From: Saprospiraceae bacterium
GTDB lineage: Bacteria > Bacteroidota > Bacteroidia > Chitinophagales > Saprospiraceae
Direction of reading: 5' to 3'
NCBI GenBank assembly: GCA_049289435.1
Contig: JBATLS010000674.1
Coordinates: 1 to 32,344 of the forward strand
DNA: 32,344 nt
The stretch's first letter is position 1, and each line of letters opens with the position of its first letter. The translations under genes and the position numbers were made by a program. A model generated the notes under the pieces. The model had not been told where the DNA came from and did not search any database. It was given only the letters and a program-made list of their open reading frames with translations. Shown one piece after another: positions 17,296-25,768 of the stretch.

Positions 17296-18162
17296 TTAAT
17301 GCTGACCACCACTATTAGGTTCTATTGCACGTTGTGCAGAATCTTTGACCATAGTCGCTGTTGACAGGGCTTTTTCTTCCGACGCCATTTTATCAGCTAT
17401 GACACTATAAGGCGTATCAGTATTATTGAACGTATTGTTCTTTTCTGAATATTCCAATTTTTGATTTGCAGCCTGAAGTGATCTGATATACTGAATCACA
17501 TACCATCTCTCTTCATAAGACAATTTGTCACTATATCCACCCATCAGGTTTTTACCATACATGATGGCATGATAATATCTCCCATTGGACGACACCAAAA
17601 AATCTTCTAACATAAAGTTGGCTGGCTGAACAGGATATTTACCCCCATCGTCTCTCACTAAGTATCCAGCCCCATCACCTTTTTCGCCATGACAGATTCC
17701 ACACTGTATATTATAGAGGAACTTGCCTTTCTCCAAACCCAATGAAGTGATCGGATAAGGGTTATTTATAATCTCAGCAATGGCACGAGTCCTTTCTTCT
17801 TCTGTATTTTCATAATAATAGGGTACACTTCCATTGGCCGTGAACGATACTCCACGGTCGGCTACCTGTGGGTGCAAGGCACCTCCTGCATATCCACGTG
17901 CTATGGTGCCCGGGACAGGTTTTCTTGGTTGCACCATATTATGCAGTTCTTGTTCGGTGCCCCATCGATTATTATAATAATATGAATATGTATTGGCTTC
18001 ATAGGCAACTGAGTGCGCCATATCAGGCATATATTCACTACCTGTACTATTACCATCAGCTGACTGGCAAGAAGTAAATCCTACGCAAGCCCCCAACAAG
18101 ACAAATGCGTAGAGTGTATGTTTTATATCCATTTCGCTTATATTTTTTAAAACTATAGACAT
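17296..18162 (-). CDS. actE: alternative complex III subunit ActE (monoheme cytochrome c lipoprotein)
   Basis: 288 aa with a lipobox (GFTSC) and a single CXXCH (CGICHGEKGDG). It lies after actD. The real start may be the internal ATG at 18132. Confidence 0.8.
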   Translation of the reverse strand: MSIVLKNISEMDIKHTLYAFVLLGACVGFTSCQSADGNSTGSEYMPDMAHSVAYEANTYSYYYNNRWGTEQELHNMVQPRKPVPGTIARGYAGGALHPQVADRGVSFTANGSVPYYYENTEEERTRAIAEIINNPYPITSLGLEKGKFLYNIQCGICHGEKGDGAGYLVRDDGGKYPVQPANFMLEDFLVSSNGRYYHAIMYGKNLMGGYSDKLSYEERWYVIQYIRSLQAANQKLEYSEKNNTFNNTDTPYSVIADKMASEEKALSTATMVKDSAQRAIEPNSGGQH

Positions 18163-18170
18163 CTGATTAG

Positions 18171-18695
18171 TTAAATCGTTTTTGTATTCACTTCAGAAGC
18201 ACCAGTTGATTTGAAAAACTTTTCTGCTTTATCTGAACCAATGATGGATGCATCAAAAGCAATGCAGAACTTATCATCCGTGATTCTATCGTCGAGATGC
18301 TTATTGACTACACCAGGCCCTAAGCCACTGATGATATAAAAAGTAACAGTAACGCCGATAGCGCAAAATAAGACCGTCATTTCAAATGTGATGGGTATAA
18401 AAGCAGGTACCGACCAATATGGTTTACCACCAAATACAATAGGCCAATCCTTGGTAAAGATCCAAGACATACCCAAAAAGGCAGTCAAAGTACCTAAAGC
18501 ACCGTATATAAATCCAGCTTGATGCAATCTGGACTCTTCGAGCCCCAACAGTGGATCCAATCCATGCACCGGAAAAGGACTATACACATCATATATATCC
18601 AGGTGATCATTTTTAGCTTCCTTTACAGCTCTCAACAGGTCTTCTTCGTCATTGTAGAGACCGTATATTACTTCTGTATGATTGATATTTGACAT
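18171..18695 (-). CDS. actD: alternative complex III subunit ActD (DUF3341-type)
   Basis: 174 aa. It has a soluble N-domain (YGLYNDEEDLLRAVKEAK..DVYSPFPVHGL) followed by two TM helices. Positioned between actC and actE. Confidence 0.8.
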   Translation of the reverse strand: MSNINHTEVIYGLYNDEEDLLRAVKEAKNDHLDIYDVYSPFPVHGLDPLLGLEESRLHQAGFIYGALGTLTAFLGMSWIFTKDWPIVFGGKPYWSVPAFIPITFEMTVLFCAIGVTVTFYIISGLGPGVVNKHLDDRITDDKFCIAFDASIIGSDKAEKFFKSTGASEVNTKTI

Positions 18696-18717
18696 TTAAT
18701 AAAGATTTCTATTATGA

Positions 18718-20148
18718 TTAATGTTGGTCTGAATGGGAAGTACCGTGCTCATGTTTTTCATGACCATGTTTGTGAGTAGCGTGATCTCCAATGTATTGAT
18801 CACCTGCTGTTTTCAATATAGCCTTGATCTCCGCCACTGCAACTACAGGTGCTACTCTGACAAATATCAAAAAGCATGTGAAAAACAAACCAAAAGTACC
18901 TGCATATATACCTATTTCCACCCAACTTGGCGAGTATAAACTCCACGATGACGGCAAATAATCTCTTGCCAATGTAGTTGCAATGATTACAAATCGCTCA
19001 AACCACATACCTACATTTACCAATATGGACAAAAAGAATGTCAGGGTTAAATTTCGTCTCCAAGACTTTTTCCAAAAGAACTGAGGAGAGATGACATTGC
19101 AGAACATCATGCCAAAATAAGCCCACCAATATGGACCCAAAGCACGATTGAAAAAGGCAAATTGCTCATAAACGTATCCTGAATACCAGGCTATAAAAAG
19201 CTCAGTCAAATAGGCTACCCCTACTATAGTACCTGTCAGTAGGATGACCTTATTCATTGACTCTACATGCTCCACAGTAATGTAATCTTCCAGATGAAGG
19301 AGTTTTCTGGTAACTAACATAAGCGTCAACACCATGGCAAATCCAGAAAAAATAGCTCCTGCCACAAAATACGGTGGAAAAATGGTGGTATGCCATCCCG
19401 GTATCACTGAAGTGGCAAAATCAAAACTTACTATAGTGTGTACTGACAATACCAAAGGAGTAGCAAGTCCGGCAAGAAGTAAAGACAATGATTCCCATCT
19501 TTGCCAATGCTTCGCTGATCCTGTCCAGCCAAATGACAATGTGTTATAGATTTTTCTTCTTAGGCCTTTGGCACGATCTCTTACTGTAGCGAAATCCGGT
19601 ACTAAACCTGTGTACCAAAATAGCAATGAAACGGTCAGGTAGGTACTGATCGCAAACACATCCCAGAGAAGGGGGGAGTTGAAATTGGGCCAAAGTGGAC
19701 CTCTGGTGTTTGGATAAGGCAATATAAACATAGCCAACCAGATACGCCCCATATGAATCAATGGAAACAAACCAGCACACATTACAGCGAAAATAGTCAT
19801 AGCTTCAGCGGCTCGGTTTACTCCTGTACGCCATTTTTGTCTGAAAAGTAACAAAATGGCGGATATCAATGTACCCGCATGACCTATACCGATCCACCAA
19901 ACGAAATTGGTAATGTCCCAAGACCAATTGATGGTACGGTTCAGATTCCATGATCCGATACCTACCCAAATGGTCCAAAGGATACAAAATACCCCAAAGG
20001 ATAAAACAGCCACTGACAAGATGAAGCCGATGACCCATTCTTTAGTGGGGGTCTTCTCGGTAGGCGATATCAAATCTTCAGTGATCTGATGATATGTTTT
20101 ATTGCCTGTGATCAGTGGATTTCTTAACGAACTTACGACAGCACTCAT
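18718..20148 (-). CDS. actC: alternative complex III subunit ActC (NrfD/PsrC-like quinol-interacting membrane subunit)
   Basis: 476 aa, about 10 TM, NrfD-like pattern. It follows the FeS subunit. The C-terminal tail is His-rich (DHATHKHGHEKHEHGTSHSDQH). Confidence 0.9.
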   Translation of the reverse strand: MSAVVSSLRNPLITGNKTYHQITEDLISPTEKTPTKEWVIGFILSVAVLSFGVFCILWTIWVGIGSWNLNRTINWSWDITNFVWWIGIGHAGTLISAILLLFRQKWRTGVNRAAEAMTIFAVMCAGLFPLIHMGRIWLAMFILPYPNTRGPLWPNFNSPLLWDVFAISTYLTVSLLFWYTGLVPDFATVRDRAKGLRRKIYNTLSFGWTGSAKHWQRWESLSLLLAGLATPLVLSVHTIVSFDFATSVIPGWHTTIFPPYFVAGAIFSGFAMVLTLMLVTRKLLHLEDYITVEHVESMNKVILLTGTIVGVAYLTELFIAWYSGYVYEQFAFFNRALGPYWWAYFGMMFCNVISPQFFWKKSWRRNLTLTFFLSILVNVGMWFERFVIIATTLARDYLPSSWSLYSPSWVEIGIYAGTFGLFFTCFLIFVRVAPVVAVAEIKAILKTAGDQYIGDHATHKHGHEKHEHGTSHSDQH

Positions 20149-20184
20149 GTATTGTATTTTGAATGTTATTTCTTAAGATAAATA

Positions 20185-23100
20185 TTAAACATCAAATGAT
20201 TTGTCACGATTGTTGACTTTCATTGTGTATGTTACAGATGGTCTCACATTGATCTCCTCCAATGCTATGTAATTGAGTGGCGACTCCAGTTTAGCTGTGA
20301 GTTGCCCTTTTTTGTCATTCATATCACCAAAAGTAATGGCTTCTGTAGGACAAGAAGTCTGGCATGCCGTACGTACATCACTGTCTCTCAATGATCTACC
20401 TTCTGTCTTAGCAGTGAGTTTTCCTTCCTGGATTCTTTGTACGCAGAAACTGCATTTTTCGATAACCCCTCTAGACCTGACCGTGACATCTGGATTTAGT
20501 ACCATTCTGGTCAAGTTGTCTGCCATAAACGGTACAGATTCATCCTGCAGTCTTGGTTGGTTGGCAGGCCAAATGTCTGCTTTGGTATAGTCCAGCCAAT
20601 TGAATCTTCTCACTTTATACGGGCAGTTGTTAGCACAATATCTTGTACCTATACATCTGTTATATGCCATTTGGTTGAGTCCTTCAGCACTGTGATTGGT
20701 AGCACTTACAGGGCATACATTTTCACATGGAGCATTGTCACAATGCTGACACATCATAGGCTGATATATCGTATTTGGATTTTCGACATCACCATAATAA
20801 TATCTGTCTATTCGCAACCATGACATTTCGTGGTGGATAGACACCTCGTGCTTACCTACGACAGGCACATTATTTTCAGACATACACGCCACCGTGCAGG
20901 CACCACAACCGATACATGCGTTGAGATCTACGTGCATTCCCCAGTGATGACCCAGAGCATAGTTTGCATCAAAACCACCGTAAATTTGCTGAGCATTGAG
21001 ATGCTGAGCATGTGCCCTTCTCTCCTGCAAATGTTCCACGCTATTTTTCAGTTCAGTGACATTGGACGTATAAATCACTGATCTATCTGTCAATGCGCCT
21101 TGAAATCCTTTGACCCCGGTGAAATAGTCAAAAAACACCAAAGCAGCCTCATCTGCATTGATCTCAGTACCAGTCTCTTTATCGATGCCCCTCACGCCGA
21201 TGGTATGGTGATATTGCACACAAGAGAAATCATCTTCTTTTCCTTTTCTGTCTGAAATGCTTACAGAAGTATTATAGTACTGCGGACCATTGACGCCATT
21301 TGTTAAACAATCATTTACATTGACCCCTACATTGGATCCTGTATTTCCTGCTGAAGTTCTCCCATATCCGAGTGCTAAACCTACGGTGCCCACCATTTGG
21401 CCAAACTGCTGGATGACTGGAAGTACCATCTTCTTGTCTCCAATCGTAAGTTCGACCAAATCACCATCTACCAAATCCTTGAAACCTACCATCTTTTTTA
21501 CTCCGTCAAAATTGACAGGTACAGCTAAGTAGTTGCCCCAATTGGTTCTTGATACTGGATCTGCCAATTCCATGAGCCATGGATTGCCAGCATACTGACC
21601 ATTGCCCAATTGTACCGTTTCGAAATACGAAATTTCCAACTCCGCACTAGAGACTTTAGTAATATCTGTTCCAATATCAGCCGAAGAATAGGCATTACTT
21701 CCCAAAGAAGATGCCTGATAAATACCATCGTGCACTACATGATCCCAAAAGGTCTGAAAAGTACTAAATGAGGACTGAGTCGTATATGGACCCGATTGCC
21801 AGGTTGATTTTAAATATTCATAATATGGCTGCTCGTTGGTAGCATCGATATTTGCGCTATCTGCCCACATCAATAAAGATAATTCAGCAGGTCTTGAATT
21901 GAACAAAGGTGCTATTGTGGGTTGTAATAATGTATAATGACCTTTTTTGACTTCAGCATCTCCCCATGACTCCAAAAAGTGGGAGGTTGGTGCTATCACG
22001 TCGCATAACTCTGTGGTTTCATCTGTGACCAGAGCAAAAGATATCTTATTTTTAATTTTTGGAAAAGAAGCTGCCAACTGTGTACCAAAAGCCGAATCAT
22101 ATACTGGATTGGCACCATAAACCACCACAAAATCTACCACTCCTGACTTTATTTCATCTACCAATGCTTTCATGGCTGTGTCATCACCTTGTCTCTGATA
22201 GGATGGTGTACTCATATCTATAGTAGCACCATAGTTGCCCAATGATTGATTTATGGCGTTGACCATCAATTGCTCATTGACATTATTGCTGGCAGAAACT
22301 ATGATAGACTTACCACTCGCCGCTTTCAATTCAGCTGCTACTTTTGTAAGTGCTTTCTTTGCTTTTTCATTTAGGCCATTGGTCACCGCACCTGCGCCTA
22401 CTATGTGATTGTATAGATGTGCTATGGCTACTCCTTGCTCTGATGGTTTTACCAAAATTCTGTTGTCAGCATTGGATCCAGTGAGTGACATGTGATTTTC
22501 CACTTGGATATGTCTGGACATCTTGGCAGTAGCTGGATCTGATATGCGTCTTCCTGCTACATAGGCAGCAGCATACTCAATAGGGCTGATCCAAGTGCCT
22601 AAAAAGTCAGCATTGAAACTTACGATAACATCAGCTTTGTCAAACATATAGGAAGGCACGGCCCTTACACCAAAATTTTTGGCATTGGCATCCAATAATG
22701 CTGAGCATGATACCGGATCATAAGTCACTACTTTGGCATTTGGATATTTTGCTACAAACTCTGCCATAGCTCGTTGGGCAGTAGGGCTAAGATTTGTATT
22801 AGTAATGATTCTGATATTTTTGGAGCTTTCCAATGTCGGCTTGACCATTTTGTCCACTTCTTCCCAAGTACTATCTTTCCACGATGTACCATCCTTTTTC
22901 TTTGGACCTGTAAATCTATTGGTGTCATATAAACTAAGTACTGAAGCCTGAGCTCTGGCTGATGTTCCTCCCTTGGTCACGGATGAAAGATCATTACCTT
23001 CTATTTTTATGGGTCTGCCTTCTCTTGTCTTTACCAATATTGGGCAGTAATCACCCCCATGGATAAAGGTAGAAGCATAGTAATTGGCGATGCCTGGCAC

Positions 23101-23352
23101 TATCTGATCTGGCTTGATCACATATGGGATGGCTTTTTTGATAGGAATATCACATCCTGCTGCCACCGTTGCAGCCCCTAGTCCAAAACCAAGAAACTTT
23201 AAAAAATCTCTTCTGTTTCCAGCAAGGTGTGATGTCATATCGGAATAAGTTACCTGCTCCTCAGCAAATTCTTTTCCTGCATTTTTAACAAACTCGGAAT
23301 CGTTGTTGAGGTCTTGCTGACCTATCCAAATATTATCTAATTGATTTTTCAT
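20185..23352 (-). CDS. actB: alternative complex III subunit ActB (molybdopterin-oxidoreductase-like domain fused to 4Fe-4S ferredoxin domain)
   Basis: 1055 aa with a twin-arginine signal (NRRDFLKFLGFGLGAATVAAGC). A large MopB-like domain lacks the N-terminal Cys cluster. The C-terminal FeS motifs are CIGCGACTVAC, CQHCDNAPCENVCP, CIGTRYCANNCP and CSFC. Confidence 0.9.
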   Translation of the reverse strand: MKNQLDNIWIGQQDLNNDSEFVKNAGKEFAEEQVTYSDMTSHLAGNRRDFLKFLGFGLGAATVAAGCDIPIKKAIPYVIKPDQIVPGIANYYASTFIHGGDYCPILVKTREGRPIKIEGNDLSSVTKGGTSARAQASVLSLYDTNRFTGPKKKDGTSWKDSTWEEVDKMVKPTLESSKNIRIITNTNLSPTAQRAMAEFVAKYPNAKVVTYDPVSCSALLDANAKNFGVRAVPSYMFDKADVIVSFNADFLGTWISPIEYAAAYVAGRRISDPATAKMSRHIQVENHMSLTGSNADNRILVKPSEQGVAIAHLYNHIVGAGAVTNGLNEKAKKALTKVAAELKAASGKSIIVSASNNVNEQLMVNAINQSLGNYGATIDMSTPSYQRQGDDTAMKALVDEIKSGVVDFVVVYGANPVYDSAFGTQLAASFPKIKNKISFALVTDETTELCDVIAPTSHFLESWGDAEVKKGHYTLLQPTIAPLFNSRPAELSLLMWADSANIDATNEQPYYEYLKSTWQSGPYTTQSSFSTFQTFWDHVVHDGIYQASSLGSNAYSSADIGTDITKVSSAELEISYFETVQLGNGQYAGNPWLMELADPVSRTNWGNYLAVPVNFDGVKKMVGFKDLVDGDLVELTIGDKKMVLPVIQQFGQMVGTVGLALGYGRTSAGNTGSNVGVNVNDCLTNGVNGPQYYNTSVSISDRKGKEDDFSCVQYHHTIGVRGIDKETGTEINADEAALVFFDYFTGVKGFQGALTDRSVIYTSNVTELKNSVEHLQERRAHAQHLNAQQIYGGFDANYALGHHWGMHVDLNACIGCGACTVACMSENNVPVVGKHEVSIHHEMSWLRIDRYYYGDVENPNTIYQPMMCQHCDNAPCENVCPVSATNHSAEGLNQMAYNRCIGTRYCANNCPYKVRRFNWLDYTKADIWPANQPRLQDESVPFMADNLTRMVLNPDVTVRSRGVIEKCSFCVQRIQEGKLTAKTEGRSLRDSDVRTACQTSCPTEAITFGDMNDKKGQLTAKLESPLNYIALEEINVRPSVTYTMKVNNRDKSFDV

Positions 23353-23397
23353 TGATATATTAAGATTAATATTATCTAAACTGTATTTACAATATAA

Positions 23398-24801
23398 TTA
23401 ATAGTGGCATTTTTGACATTCCAAACCACCTATATCGGCCACGGTGACTTTGTCTCTTTTGCCTGCAGCCATCTCCTCATGGTATTGAGTATAGTTTGCA
23501 TAATATGCATTTTCTTTAAACTTGACTTCGGTCTGTCTGTGGCAATTGACACACCAACCCATAGAAAGAGGAGACATTTGTTTCATCACTTCCATACCTT
23601 CTACTTTGCCGTGGCATGTCTGACACTCCAGTTTACCTACAGTCACGTGTTGCGAATGGTTAAAGTAAACGTGATCCGGCAGGTTGTGGATTCTGACCCA
23701 CTCTATCGGACCCGGGATTTGTTTTTTGAGGTCATTGGTCAGTGATTTTTTGATATCTGCCCATTGTTCTGCGACGATTCTTTCGCCTTCATTGTTAAGA
23801 TCTGCTTTTTCTTTGACCCTTTTATATTCATCACCGATCCATTTAGTGTAGATGGCTTTTATTTCATCTTCTGTTTTGGTAGTATAATTTTCTATATATT
23901 TATTTGCAGTAGGATCGTAACCGATGGATGCATATATCTTGGTGATTTCGCCTGTACCGTATTTGCTTCCGTTTTTGACTGCTGCATGGCAATTCATACA
24001 GGTATTTGTGCTTGGGATACTCGAATGCTTAGATTTTCGGGCACTATCATGGCAATACTGACAATCAATCTTGTGTACACCCGCATGAGTTTCGTGCGAA
24101 AATTTGATCGGTTGGTCAGGCGCATATCCTTCCTGACGACCTAATTCAGTGGCTTTATTTACGGTAGTATAAGCTCCGAGCACGATGGCTGCAAAGATTG
24201 CGAAGGTGACCACCCCTTTGGATGTAAGTATCTGAGTGATGGTTTTGGGCCCTACTTTATCGCCTTCTTTGGCTGCTGCTATTTGATTGAGATTCGAAAT
24301 GATTTTAGTCAAGAGCAAAGCTAAAATGGCCAATACACCCAATATAATCAAATACATAGGCAGAGGCGACTTGGGTGCTACTTTTGTTTCTGTGGCAGCC
24401 GCCGTAGCTTTTGTTGCACCATAGGTGCCATCATATACACCATTGATATAAAGCAACATACTACCGATCTCATCATCAGTCAATTTCGCGAAAGCAGTCA
24501 TAACCGTAGGCTTATATTGGTTCCATAGCTCAACAGCTCTTGGATGCCCAGCCTGTACCAAAGCCTGAGAGTTTCTGATCCAAGCATAAAGTGCTTCGTC
24601 ATCAGCCCATCTCTCTTGTGCACCTCCAACTGCTGGGCCTGTAGCCGCACTCCTCATATCTTTACTATGGCAAGCTGCACAATAATTTTTGAATAGCTCT
24701 TTGCCAGCATCGGCAGTAGATTGAGCAGAGATATCTATATATAACAAAGTCAATAAAACAAACGCTATTGACTTGATAGTTAGATGCTTGTAAATCATCA
24801 T
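23398..24801 (-). CDS. actA: alternative complex III subunit ActA, hexaheme form (N-terminal monoheme c domain + TM + pentaheme domain)
   Basis: Track ORF 23398-24900, trimmed to ATGATG at 24801 (MMIYKHLTIKSIAFVLLTLLYIDISAQ signal). Six CXXCH motifs: CAACH, CQYCH, CMNCH, CQTCH, CVNCH, CQKCH. A TM helix (LPMYLIILGVLAILALLL) separates the first heme domain from the rest. Confidence 0.85.
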   Translation of the reverse strand: MMIYKHLTIKSIAFVLLTLLYIDISAQSTADAGKELFKNYCAACHSKDMRSAATGPAVGGAQERWADDEALYAWIRNSQALVQAGHPRAVELWNQYKPTVMTAFAKLTDDEIGSMLLYINGVYDGTYGATKATAAATETKVAPKSPLPMYLIILGVLAILALLLTKIISNLNQIAAAKEGDKVGPKTITQILTSKGVVTFAIFAAIVLGAYTTVNKATELGRQEGYAPDQPIKFSHETHAGVHKIDCQYCHDSARKSKHSSIPSTNTCMNCHAAVKNGSKYGTGEITKIYASIGYDPTANKYIENYTTKTEDEIKAIYTKWIGDEYKRVKEKADLNNEGERIVAEQWADIKKSLTNDLKKQIPGPIEWVRIHNLPDHVYFNHSQHVTVGKLECQTCHGKVEGMEVMKQMSPLSMGWCVNCHRQTEVKFKENAYYANYTQYHEEMAAGKRDKVTVADIGGLECQKCHY

Positions 24802-24871
24802 TTTTTTTTCTTTATTGTAACCGAGTGAAAACGGAAAAAATTTAACTAAAAAGGAAAAAATTAATTTGCCA

Positions 24872-24903
24872 CAAAAGTAAAACACTGGCTCATTAATCAC
24901 AAT
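24872..24903 (-). promoter_or_regulatory. candidate Bacteroidota sigma-A type promoter for the actA operon
   Basis: On the minus strand, ATTG (24903-24900), a 20-nt spacer, then TACTTTTG (24879-24872). This fits the TTTG / TAnnTTTG consensus known for Bacteroidetes and lies about 70 nt upstream of the actA ATG. AT-rich DNA produces such matches by chance. Confidence 0.3.
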
Positions 24904-24993
24904 TTTTGATATGTGTTTCTTGCTATTTAGAAATTATCTAAATAAAGTTTAAAAAAAAGTTTCTATTTTAAGTGATACAGTAACCAAGGCTGA

Positions 24994-25716
24994 TTACACT
25001 CTTTCTCCCAATATCCAGGAGGCTTTATACTTCACTTTATAGTTTTTGTTGATATATTCGGATATATGATCTGTAGCTTCTTTGATGTCGTCAGTAAATT
25101 TTATCAAGTGGATGTCGTTGGGAGATATGGTTTTTTCGACGATCATCTTGTCTATCATCTCTTTGATATCTTGAAAATAAGAAGTACCCATGATGACAAT
25201 GGGAAAATGGTGTAATATTCCGGTTTGTATCAATGTCACAGTCTCAAATAGTTCGTCCAAGGTACCAAAGCCACCCGGCATGACTACAAATCCGTAGGAA
25301 TACTTTGTGAGTAACACTTTACGGACAAAAAAATAATCAAAATCCACTACTTTGGTCATATATGGGTTGGAAGATTGTTCCTTGGGCAGTTTGATAGTAC
25401 ACCCTATGGATTGTCCACCGTTTTCGAAAGCTCCTCTATTGGCAGCCTCCATAATGCCTGGCCCACCACCTGTCATCACTGCAAATCCCAACTCAGACAA
25501 TTGATTGCCTAAAGACCTGGCCGTTTTATATTCCTGATGATCCTCACTAAATCTGGCTGACCCAAAAACTGTAATACATGGCCCTGTAAAATGGAGTTTT
25601 CTAAATCCGTTGATAAATTGAAAAAATACTTTTACTACAAATAGCAACTCTCTGCCTCGGCTATTTGGCCCGGAGAGAAATTGAGAATCTGCATGAATGA
25701 GTCGTTTGGTTGACAT
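24994..25716 (-). CDS. LOG family protein (TIGR00730-type, cytokinin riboside 5'-monophosphate phosphoribohydrolase-like)
   Basis: 240 aa. Motifs VFGSARF, VMTGGGPGIMEAANRGA and the family hallmark PGGFGTLDELFE. Confidence 0.85.
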   Translation of the reverse strand: MSTKRLIHADSQFLSGPNSRGRELLFVVKVFFQFINGFRKLHFTGPCITVFGSARFSEDHQEYKTARSLGNQLSELGFAVMTGGGPGIMEAANRGAFENGGQSIGCTIKLPKEQSSNPYMTKVVDFDYFFVRKVLLTKYSYGFVVMPGGFGTLDELFETVTLIQTGILHHFPIVIMGTSYFQDIKEMIDKMIVEKTISPNDIHLIKFTDDIKEATDHISEYINKNYKVKYKASWILGERV

Positions 25717-25768
25717 ATATTAAAGAGGTCTATGTGGAGACCTACTAACAATGAAAGGATAAAAAATG

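Noticed and set aside
20185-23352. Reading the 1055-aa MopB + FeS protein and its NrfD-like neighbour as a polysulfide/thiosulfate/tetrathionate reductase (Psr/Phs/Ttr) operon
   Set aside because: The flanking multiheme ActA, DUF3341-type ActD, monoheme ActE and second polytopic ActF, plus direct linkage to an aa3 oxidase, are the alternative complex III signature. The MopB-like domain lacks the N-terminal Cys cluster of bona fide molybdoenzymes.
24925-24943. Hairpin ATTTAGA-aatta-TCTAAAT downstream of the LOG gene as a terminator
   Set aside because: The stem is almost entirely A/T and there is no T-tract following it on the minus strand. It lies in the presumed actA promoter region and is too weak to call.
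24802-24993. Search for FNR/FixK-type TTGAT-N4-ATCAA or CRP-type TGTGA-N6-TCACA boxes upstream of actA (also 26882-27109 and 9452-9626)
   Set aside because: I found only half-site-like fragments by eye (for example TTGATatgtg at about 24906 and TTGATttaaCAAAA at about 9470) and no convincing dyad. A proper position-weight-matrix scan is needed before claiming regulation of the act/cox operon by the nearby Crp-type regulators.
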